Of a DNA stretch of 64,000 nt, positions 34,930 through 42,459 are shown in pieces. The notes under the pieces were generated by a model that was not told the DNA's origin, did no database searches, and was given only the letters and a program-made list of their open reading frames with translations. How positions within the stretch are numbered: position 1 is the stretch's first letter; each line of letters opens with the position of its first letter. The stretch covers positions 54,443-118,442 of the forward strand of contig CABYQM010000004.1 in NCBI GenBank assembly GCA_902521075.1. The letters run 5' to 3'. A program made the translations under genes and the position numbers. The DNA comes from an uncultured Pelagibacteraceae bacterium. Its GTDB lineage: Bacteria; Pseudomonadota; Alphaproteobacteria; Pelagibacterales; Pelagibacteraceae.

Positions 34930-36327
34930 ATGTCAGAAAAATTTGATGTTACAGTAATTGGTGGTGGTCCTGGTGGTTATGTTTGTGCAATTAGATTGTC
35001 TCAACTTGGACTTAAAACAGCATGCATAGAGTCTAGAGGATCTCTAGGAGGGACATGTTTAAATATTGGATGCATCCCATCAAAAAGTTTACTTAATTTA
35101 TCTGAAAAATTTCACAGTGCTAAAAATTTTGAAAAAATTGGAATCGAGACTGGAGAAATAAAACTCAATTTAGATAAAATGATGAAAAATAAAGACAAAG
35201 CTGTAACAGTTTTGACTAAAGGAGTTGAATTTTTATTCAAAAAAAACAAGGTCACTTATTTTAAAGGCAAAGGTTCATTTGAGAACGAGAATTCAATAAA
35301 AATTGAAGGCTTGGAAGGCACTAAAATAATTCAAACTGATAAAACAATAATCAGTACAGGATCAGAGCCAGTTTCATTGCCTGGAGTAGATTTTGATGAA
35401 GAGAGAATTCTTTCTTCAACTGGAGCCCTATCTATTCCCAAACTCCCAAATAAAATGATTGTTGTTGGTGGAGGATATATAGGGTTGGAAATGGGATCAG
35501 TTTGGTCAAGACTTGGCACTGAAGTCACAGTCGTTGAATTTTTAGATCATATCACGCCTGGAATGGATCGAGATATTTCAAATGAATTTATGAAAATATT
35601 AAAGAAACAAGGTATAAAATTCAACCTTAATACTAAAGTTGATAAAATAACTAAAAACTCTAACGGTGTGACGGTTGAGACTTCGCAAAATGATGGCCAA
35701 AAAGTTAAACATGATGTTGATGTTGTTTTAATTTCTGTAGGAAGAAGACCTTATACTAAAAACTTAAATTTAGATAAAGTTGGTGTAAAGTTAGATGAAA
35801 AAGGAAGAGTTAAAGTAAATAAAAATTTTGAAACGAATGTTAAAAATATTTATGCAATAGGTGATGTTATTGATGGCCCAATGTTAGCCCATAAAGCTGA
35901 AGAGGAAGGAATTGCAGTTGCAGAATTAATAGCAGGCCAATCAGGTCATGTTAATTATGATATTATTCCTGGAGTTGTTTATACATCTCCTGAGGTTGCT
36001 TATGTTGGCAAAAGCGAGGAGCAATTAAAAAAAGAAAACATAGGTTATAAAATTGGTAAATTTCCTTTTATGGCAAATTCAAGAGCCAAAGCAATTGATG
36101 AGCCAGAGGGTTTTGTAAAAATTTTGGCAGACCAATCAACTGATAAAGTGCTTGGTGTACATATTATTGGTCCTCATGCAGGAGAAATGATAGCTGAGAT
36201 GGCTGTCGCAATGGAATTTGGAGCTAGTTCCGAAGATATTGCAAGAACATGTCACGCACACCCAACATTTTCTGAAGCTATAAAAGAAGCAGCATTATCA
36301 GTAGATAAAAGACAAATTCACTCTTAA
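34930..36327 (+). CDS. lpdA: Dihydrolipoamide dehydrogenase
   Basis: GGGPGGY, GGTCLNIGCIPSK, HAHPTFSE; ends KRQIHS*. Confidence 0.98.
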   Translation: MSEKFDVTVIGGGPGGYVCAIRLSQLGLKTACIESRGSLGGTCLNIGCIPSKSLLNLSEKFHSAKNFEKIGIETGEIKLNLDKMMKNKDKAVTVLTKGVEFLFKKNKVTYFKGKGSFENENSIKIEGLEGTKIIQTDKTIISTGSEPVSLPGVDFDEERILSSTGALSIPKLPNKMIVVGGGYIGLEMGSVWSRLGTEVTVVEFLDHITPGMDRDISNEFMKILKKQGIKFNLNTKVDKITKNSNGVTVETSQNDGQKVKHDVDVVLISVGRRPYTKNLNLDKVGVKLDEKGRVKVNKNFETNVKNIYAIGDVIDGPMLAHKAEEEGIAVAELIAGQSGHVNYDIIPGVVYTSPEVAYVGKSEEQLKKENIGYKIGKFPFMANSRAKAIDEPEGFVKILADQSTDKVLGVHIIGPHAGEMIAEMAVAMEFGASSEDIARTCHAHPTFSEAIKEAALSVDKRQIHS

Positions 36328-36328
36328 T
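36307..36328 (+). repeat. attL-like direct repeat (lpdA last 7 codons)
   Basis: AAAAGACAAATTCACTCTTAAT, 19/22 identical to 41740-41761. Confidence 0.8.
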
Positions 36329-36449
36329 GTCCTACATTATCCTATAAAATCTTAAATTCTCCTTTAATACCAAAGGTAATAATCAAATTAGCTAACTCTT
36401 ATAATATTTTTTTAGTTTGTTGTGGTTGCTAACTTTTTTAAACATTTAT

Positions 36450-36512
36450 TTTACAATTCTTGGTCTTTTCTTGGTTCGCAATCAAAAAATCTCTTGGTCC
36501 GCTCTTGGTTCG
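36450..36512 (+). repeat. Two copies of TCTTGGT-N4-TCTTGGTTCG (arm-type-like sites, left end)
   Basis: TCTTGGT at 36458, 36469, 36492 and 36503. Segment 36450-36478 is 26/29 identical to 41648-41676. Confidence 0.85.
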
Positions 36513-36612
36513 CGACTGTATTGCTCTTATCCAAATAGACTCAACGATCAGGATTTGTTAATCTTAAATCATTTAATGTTTAATTTACTGATATACATTA
36601 ATAATAGATAAA

Positions 36613-36641
36613 TTGTTGTTTAGTATTATCTTTGTTACAAT
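36613..36641 (+). promoter_or_regulatory. Putative extended -10 sigma70 promoter for mod, probably leaderless
   Basis: TTGTTG-17-TACAAT with TG at 36633-36634; the ATG starts 7 nt after the -10 box; no SD. Confidence 0.5.
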
Positions 36642-36647
36642 CATTTT

Positions 36648-38879
36648 ATGGATTTAAGTGATAGTGAAAAACGAGATTTAATAAATCTAATTGAAAATAA
36701 TAAGTCATTACCAGAGCAATATAGATTTAAACTTTTTAAAAAGAACGAGGAAATAGAATTACTATGGAATGGAAAAAGTAATGAGGTTACGAATGTTAAT
36801 CTTCCATTTCAAATTATAGAACATGTCGATGAACCACGTAAAAATATCGAACCAGAATTACAAGGAAATTTATTTGATACTAGGGGCAGAAAACTAACTG
36901 GCTGGACAAATAAATTAATTTGGGGAAATAACAGTCTTATTCTCTCTAGTTTAATTAATGGTGAGTTAAAGAATGAAATTGAAAAACAAGGTGGATTAAA
37001 ACTTGTATATATAGACCCACCATTCAACGTTGGTGATAATTTTGAATTTGAGCTGGAAATTGGCAAAGAAACTTTATCAAAAAAGAGAAATGCGCTTGAG
37101 CAATTAGCATTCGGTGATACATGGGGCAAAGGCGAGGATAGTTTCTTGTCGATGATTTATGAACGTTTAAAATTGATACATTCCCTACTACATGAAGATG
37201 GTTTGATATTTGTACATTGTGATTGGAGATTAAATTCTTCTTTAAGATTAGTTTTAAATGAAATTTTTGGAGAAGATTGTTTTAAAAACGAAGTTTACAT
37301 AAAGAGAAAAACAAAAAATATTCAAAATCAATTTTCTGAAGTAAAAATGCTTAATATTGCCTTTGACTCAATTTTTATATTTTCAAAAAAATCAGATAAA
37401 AAAATTAGAGTTCCAAAAAAAAAATTATTAGAAGCAAATGTTGATGGTAAATGGAATAACTTTTGGAACAATGCTGATAGGCCAACTATGAGATATGAAT
37501 TGTTGGGCATCAAGCTTACAACTGGACAATGGAGATGGAAAAAAGAAAAAGCGATAGAAGCTGTTGAAAATTACAATGAATACATAACGAAGCATAAACA
37601 TTTAACCTTAAAGGAATATTGGGAAAAAACTGGGAAAGAAAAAAGATTCATTATGCGTAAAGAAGGTGCTACAAGATGTTATTACTGGGTACCACCAACT
37701 GAAGAAACTACTGTTGATACAGATTGGACAGATTTCTATGGTTACGACAATGCTCAGCCCTATCCAACTGCAAAATCAGAATTATTATTGGATAGGATTA
37801 TCAAAAATTTCAGTGATGAGAATGATTTGATAGCTGATTTTTTTTGTGGAAGCGGCACTACATTGTCAGTAGCAGAAAAATTAAATAGAAAATGGATTGG
37901 ATGCGATTTAGGTAAATTTGCAATTCATACTTCTCGTAAAAGATTAATAGAAGTGCAAAGAGACAAAGAAAAGAATGGTGAACATTTTAGGCCATTTGAA
38001 GTTTTAAACTTAGGTAAATATCAAAGAGAATTTTTCTTCAAAGATTATTTGTACAACCAAAGAAATATTAAAAATGAACAAAGTGAAGAGCATTATTATG
38101 ATTTAATTTTAAAAGCATATAAAGGTAAAAAAGAGGAAGGTTATAGAATAATAAAAGGTACCAAAAATAATAGAGCGGTAGCTATTGGTCCATTTAATTT
38201 ACAAGTAACTAGATTATTTGTTGAGAGTGTTATTAATGAATGTTTAGAGAATAAAATTTTATCAGTTGATATTTTAGGTTTTGAATTTGAAATGGGATTA
38301 TTTCCAAACATCAGAGATATTGCTGGTAAGCAAGGTATAGATCTAAACTGCCTTTATATTCCTAACGATATATTCGACAAAAAAGCAGTGAAAAAACATC
38401 AAATTATTTTTTACAATACTGCTTTCATTGATGCTCAAATTGTTACAAAAAAAAAAGAATTTTGTGTGAAGTTAAAAGGCTATGTAGTTTTTGACAGTGA
38501 TACTTTGTTTGAAGAAGCTTTGAGTGAATTAGACAAAGGAGAAAAAAGAGAAATTTTAATGAACAATTCAATTATTAAAATTGAAAAAGGTAAAGATGGA
38601 AAAATAAAAAAGCAAGTAATCAAAATGAATTGGAGTGACTGGGTTGACTATTGGAGTGTTGATTTTGATTTTGAAAATAAAAAAGAAATTATAAAAGAAG
38701 ACGGCAAAGACAAATGGACTAACGATTATATTTTTGAAAATGAATGGCAGTCTTTTAGATCAAAAGAAAATGAAATAGAATTTGAAACACCATGTAGACC
38801 AATTGTCAAAGGAAAGAAAATAGCTGTAAAAGTAATTGATATTTTTGGAAATGATACAATGAAAATTTTGGAAATGTAA
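36648..38879 (+). CDS. mod: Type III restriction-modification DNA methyltransferase (Mod, amino-MTase beta class)
   Basis: YIDPPF (motif IV) precedes DFFCGSGTT (motif I) with a variable TRD between them; C-terminal AVKVIDIFGND; directly upstream of Res. Confidence 0.9.
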   Translation: MDLSDSEKRDLINLIENNKSLPEQYRFKLFKKNEEIELLWNGKSNEVTNVNLPFQIIEHVDEPRKNIEPELQGNLFDTRGRKLTGWTNKLIWGNNSLILSSLINGELKNEIEKQGGLKLVYIDPPFNVGDNFEFELEIGKETLSKKRNALEQLAFGDTWGKGEDSFLSMIYERLKLIHSLLHEDGLIFVHCDWRLNSSLRLVLNEIFGEDCFKNEVYIKRKTKNIQNQFSEVKMLNIAFDSIFIFSKKSDKKIRVPKKKLLEANVDGKWNNFWNNADRPTMRYELLGIKLTTGQWRWKKEKAIEAVENYNEYITKHKHLTLKEYWEKTGKEKRFIMRKEGATRCYYWVPPTEETTVDTDWTDFYGYDNAQPYPTAKSELLLDRIIKNFSDENDLIADFFCGSGTTLSVAEKLNRKWIGCDLGKFAIHTSRKRLIEVQRDKEKNGEHFRPFEVLNLGKYQREFFFKDYLYNQRNIKNEQSEEHYYDLILKAYKGKKEEGYRIIKGTKNNRAVAIGPFNLQVTRLFVESVINECLENKILSVDILGFEFEMGLFPNIRDIAGKQGIDLNCLYIPNDIFDKKAVKKHQIIFYNTAFIDAQIVTKKKEFCVKLKGYVVFDSDTLFEEALSELDKGEKREILMNNSIIKIEKGKDGKIKKQVIKMNWSDWVDYWSVDFDFENKKEIIKEDGKDKWTNDYIFENEWQSFRSKENEIEFETPCRPIVKGKKIAVKVIDIFGNDTMKILEM

Positions 38880-38881
38880 TT

Positions 38882-41536
38882 ATGTCTTTAACTAAATCAC
38901 CTTTTGAAATTGTAGATCCTAAAGAAAGATGGATTCCAACAGTTGAAAAAGACTTAGGCAAGTTTTTACCTCCTTTGGTTCTTAAAATTAGAGAAGAAGT
39001 TTATGAATGGCGACAACAAAAATATAAAGGAGCTACAACTACTACAAAAGCATTGCTTAAATGGTGGTTTGATACAGAGCATGAAAATTTTAGATATTAT
39101 TTTGCTCAACGTGAAGCTGTTGAGACTATAATTTTTTTACACGAAATTGCTAACATTAGAGATAAAGACCAACTTTTTAATAATTATAATTCTTCATTAG
39201 AAGTTACTCAAAAACACTTTACTGAAAATTGGTTAAGATTAGTAACTAAAATGGCAACAGGAAGCGGCAAAACTAAAGTCATGTCTCTACTGATAGTTTG
39301 GAGTTATTTTAATAGATTATATGAGGAGAATAATGAGCTTAGTTCTAACTTTTTAATAATTGCACCAAACATTATTGTATTAGACAGATTAAAAACTGAT
39401 TTTGATAATTTAAATATATTTAGAGAAGATCCCTGCATACCAGAAGATGGAATAAACAATCAAAATTGGAAAATAGATTTTTTTAGTGATGTTGAAATAC
39501 ATGTTCAAAAACAAGCTAGAGTAAAAAAACAAAAAGGTAATATTTTTTTAACTAATATTCAGCAAATTTATGCAGGTAGAGAAAAAAATCCAAGTTTAGA
39601 TGATGAAGATTTAACAGATTTTTTTTTTGGTAAAAAAGTCAAAAAAAAACTGGAAAATACTATAGATTTATTGAAGCTGATTAAACAAGTTGATGAATTA
39701 ATTGTGCTTAATGACGAAGCCCATCATATTAATGATGAAGACCAAGTTTGGTATAAAACAATTCAAAACATTCATAATAGTTTGCTGTCAAATAACAGTA
39801 GGTTATCACTACAATTAGATTTTACGGCAACTCCAAAACACAAAGATGCATCAATTTTTGTTCAAACGGTTTCGGATTATCCTTTGATTGAAGCAATTCA
39901 TCAAAATATTGTTAAAAATATTGAAGTTCCTAAAAAAATTTATAGAGACGAATTAAAATCATTACCATCAACCAAATTTTCTGAAAAGTGGAGACAATTT
40001 ATCGATTTAGGCTACATAGAATGGAAGAAAAGTTACAATGTTTGTTTAGAGACAGACAAAAAAGCTTTGTTATTCATAATGACAGACGATACAAAAAATT
40101 GTGATGATGTAGCAAATTATTTAGAAAATAATTATGATGATTTAAAAGGAAGAGTTTTAACTATTCATACAAATAGAAATGGAGACATTGTTGAAAATGA
40201 AAATGCTCCAAAAAAAACAAAAGAGGAATTACAAAATCTTAGAAGAGAAGCTAATACAATAGATAATATTGACAATGACAAAGTAGTTATAGTTTCTGTT
40301 TTAATGCTTAAAGAAGGTTGGGACGTAAACAATGTTACAACAATTGTAGGTTTAAGACCATTTGCTAAACCTAAAATTTTGCCAGAACAAACCTTAGGAC
40401 GTGGATTAAGAAAAATGTATAGAGATCAAAATTTATTAGAAAGATTGACCGTAATCGGAACACCAAATTTTATGGAGTTCGCTAAAGATTTAGAAAAAGA
40501 AGGTATTAAAGTTAAAGAGATAGATGTAGGAGAAGACGTTCCTCCATTTTTTATTACATCAAAAGTTGTAGAGGATGAGAAAGTAAAAGAAAAATTAGAT
40601 ATAGAATTCCCCCAAATTATTGAAAAGATTTTTAGAAATGATGAATTAATTAAAACAATAGAAGTAAGTAAATTCAAATTTAAACCAGTAGAGTATAAAA
40701 ACATAGATTTGATAAAAAAAATGAAAATTGAATGGGAATTTACAGTAAGCAAAGAAACAAGCAGAGTTGAGGAGTATGAAAGAAATTATGCTTTAGATGT
40801 TTATAATATTTTAGGTGCATTTGCTAAAGAAGTTATGGATGAACTTAAATTAAAACAAGGAATGGGTTTTGAAACTATTTGTGAAAAGATAAAAGATTTA
40901 ATCGAAAATTATTTGTTTGGTAAGAAAATCGAATTTGATAATGATCTAACAAAAGCAAACTTATGTATAATTGAAACAAGAAGAACAATTGTTTCAATAA
41001 TGGTAGAAGAAATTAAAAAAGTGATTATCAATGATAGAACTGAAAAAAAACTTGGTAAGACACTGAGGTTTAGTGAAGATAAAAATAAAAGAGTGCAAGA
41101 TGGAACGACAGCAATTTATTTTGAACCTGAAAAAAGTGTATATAATAGACACTTCCTTGCAAACTCATATGAAGAAGATATGAATGTTTATTTAGAAAGC
41201 TTACCAGACGTAGTTTCTTGTATTAAGAATATGGGCTTTATTAAAATACCATATCAAAAAGTAGATGGAGTATGGGCTTCATATATACCTGATTTTTTTA
41301 TTAAACTTGGAGAAAATGAATATTGTATTTTAGAAACTAAAGGAGCAGAACATATTAATGATCCGATCAAAAGAGATGCATTAAAAAATAAAGTTAAACA
41401 AATTAATGAAGGACAAAATAAAATAAAATATTCAACTTTATATGTACTTCAAACAAAATTTGAGAAATTGGAAGGAAGACCATCTACATTTAAGACTTTT
41501 TATGAAATGTTTAAAGATTTAGATATTGAACAATAA
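38882..41536 (+). CDS. res: Type III restriction endonuclease (Res): SF2 helicase plus PD-(D/E)xK nuclease
   Basis: YFAQREA, KMATGSGKT, NDEAHH, FTATP, LKEGWDV, EQTLGRGLR, C-terminal YIPDF...LETKG. Confidence 0.92.
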   Translation: MSLTKSPFEIVDPKERWIPTVEKDLGKFLPPLVLKIREEVYEWRQQKYKGATTTTKALLKWWFDTEHENFRYYFAQREAVETIIFLHEIANIRDKDQLFNNYNSSLEVTQKHFTENWLRLVTKMATGSGKTKVMSLLIVWSYFNRLYEENNELSSNFLIIAPNIIVLDRLKTDFDNLNIFREDPCIPEDGINNQNWKIDFFSDVEIHVQKQARVKKQKGNIFLTNIQQIYAGREKNPSLDDEDLTDFFFGKKVKKKLENTIDLLKLIKQVDELIVLNDEAHHINDEDQVWYKTIQNIHNSLLSNNSRLSLQLDFTATPKHKDASIFVQTVSDYPLIEAIHQNIVKNIEVPKKIYRDELKSLPSTKFSEKWRQFIDLGYIEWKKSYNVCLETDKKALLFIMTDDTKNCDDVANYLENNYDDLKGRVLTIHTNRNGDIVENENAPKKTKEELQNLRREANTIDNIDNDKVVIVSVLMLKEGWDVNNVTTIVGLRPFAKPKILPEQTLGRGLRKMYRDQNLLERLTVIGTPNFMEFAKDLEKEGIKVKEIDVGEDVPPFFITSKVVEDEKVKEKLDIEFPQIIEKIFRNDELIKTIEVSKFKFKPVEYKNIDLIKKMKIEWEFTVSKETSRVEEYERNYALDVYNILGAFAKEVMDELKLKQGMGFETICEKIKDLIENYLFGKKIEFDNDLTKANLCIIETRRTIVSIMVEEIKKVIINDRTEKKLGKTLRFSEDKNKRVQDGTTAIYFEPEKSVYNRHFLANSYEEDMNVYLESLPDVVSCIKNMGFIKIPYQKVDGVWASYIPDFFIKLGENEYCILETKGAEHINDPIKRDALKNKVKQINEGQNKIKYSTLYVLQTKFEKLEGRPSTFKTFYEMFKDLDIEQ

Positions 41537-41589
41537 TGAGTGATAGTGACAAAAAAAAAGATCTGATCACAATACTATTTGACCAATAA
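41536..41589 (+). pseudogene. 17-codon mini-ORF or gene relic coupled to the res stop (MSDSDKKKDLITILFDQ)
   Basis: TAATG overlap with res; resembles the Mod N-terminus SDSEKRDLI. Confidence 0.3.
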
Positions 41590-41647
41590 AAAAAGTTTTA
41601 ATAATGTTAATTTTAATCGAGAATACTAATCAAATATTTGTAAAGAA

Positions 41648-41676
41648 TTTACAATTCTTGGTACATTCTTGGTTCG
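41648..41676 (+). repeat. Third TCTTGGT-N4-TCTTGGTTCG copy (right end of islet)
   Basis: TTTACAATTCTTGGTACATTCTTGGTTCG; TCTTGGT at 41656 and 41667. Confidence 0.85.
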
Positions 41677-41739
41677 GAAAGTATGAGAATGAAATTGGTT
41701 CTAGAAGCCTTGATTATTAATGATAATAGAGATCTGTTA

Positions 41740-41761
41740 AAAAGGCAGATACACTCTTAAT
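41740..41761 (+). repeat. attR-like direct repeat: displaced duplicate of the lpdA 3' end
   Basis: AAA AGG CAG ATA CAC TCT TAA = KRQIHS*, the same peptide as the lpdA C-terminus with 3 synonymous differences. Confidence 0.8.
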
Positions 41762-41763
41762 AA

Positions 41764-42408
41764 TTATTTTTCTACATTCAATAAAGCAAATCTTTTAAAT
41801 TTTTCTTCAAGTTTTATTTTATTATTATTTGCAAAGTCTTTTATTGCTTTTTCAACACTTTCAATTTTTGTAATACCTGCAAAATCATCACAAACAATTT
41901 TAGAGTTATTTTTCATGTTGTCATAAAGTTTTTGTAAATCACTTAAAACAGTATCGTAACTATGGCCTCCATCTAAAAATACGAAATCAATTTCACTTAA
42001 AGGAACTTTTTCTAAAGTCACCCTTGTGTCTCCTTTTATTAGCTCAATATTTTGCGAAAATTCCTTTAAAAAATTTTGAACAGATATCTTTGAATTTAAA
42101 TTTTCTTTTTTTATGAAATTATAATAGATAGTTTTAAGTGGATTCGAAAACTTTTGATTTTCAAGAAATTTAGGTTCGATCTCATCTACACTTGATGTTT
42201 TAGAAGATCCAAATAAATCTAATCCGTAATATCTAAAATCACTACCAAAATTTGTCTTTAACAATTCACATATATTTCTTGATGTAACACCACAAAAAAC
42301 ACCGATTTCTAGAACATTTTTTGGCTTATATTCCTCAACTAAACTCAAAAAATTATCCCCATAAGGTTTTTTTAAACCTGATTTTCTCCAGTAATAATTA
42401 TATTTCAT
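41764..42408 (-). CDS. Class I SAM-dependent methyltransferase (Methyltransf_24-like)
   Basis: VLEIGVFCG, YYGLDLF, DFVFLDGGHSY, VCDD. Confidence 0.82.
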   Translation of the reverse strand: MKYNYYWRKSGLKKPYGDNFLSLVEEYKPKNVLEIGVFCGVTSRNICELLKTNFGSDFRYYGLDLFGSSKTSSVDEIEPKFLENQKFSNPLKTIYYNFIKKENLNSKISVQNFLKEFSQNIELIKGDTRVTLEKVPLSEIDFVFLDGGHSYDTVLSDLQKLYDNMKNNSKIVCDDFAGITKIESVEKAIKDFANNNKIKLEEKFKRFALLNVEK

Positions 42409-42459
42409 TTGATCTATTTATATATTTTTAAGATATAAAAAAACTAAAATTAAATATTT

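Larger units (their letters stand above)
36307..41761. mobile_element. Integrase-less genomic islet inserted at the lpdA 3' end, carrying a Type III R-M system
   Basis: Bounded by direct repeats 36307-36328 and 41740-41761, with internal TCTTGGT repeats at both ends and the longest non-coding gaps in the window. It interrupts the otherwise tight junction between lpdA and the convergent methyltransferase. Confidence 0.75.

Noticed and set aside
36325-36339. TAATGT-CCT-ACATTA palindrome at the lpdA stop as a dif site or terminator
   Set aside because: It does not fit the 11-6-11 XerC/D layout and has no GC stem or U-tract. It may belong to the att region but cannot be supported alone.
36450-36512. 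Short repeats as a mini-CRISPR array
   Set aside because: Repeat units are about 21 bp with only a 13-nt gap, there are two local copies and no cas genes. Arm-type sites explain them better.
36417-36611. 64-aa ORF upstream of mod (possible controller protein or excisionase)
   Set aside because: TTG start, no SD, no HTH-like pattern, and it runs across the repeat motifs. Probably spurious.
37415-39649. A10/T10 homopolymers in mod and res as phase-variation tracts
   Set aside because: Similar or longer runs occur in core genes of this AT-rich window, and both ORFs are in frame.
41764-42408. Methyltransferase as part of the R-M islet
   Set aside because: It lies outside the right att repeat and has small-molecule/glycan methyltransferase motifs, not DNA MTase motifs.
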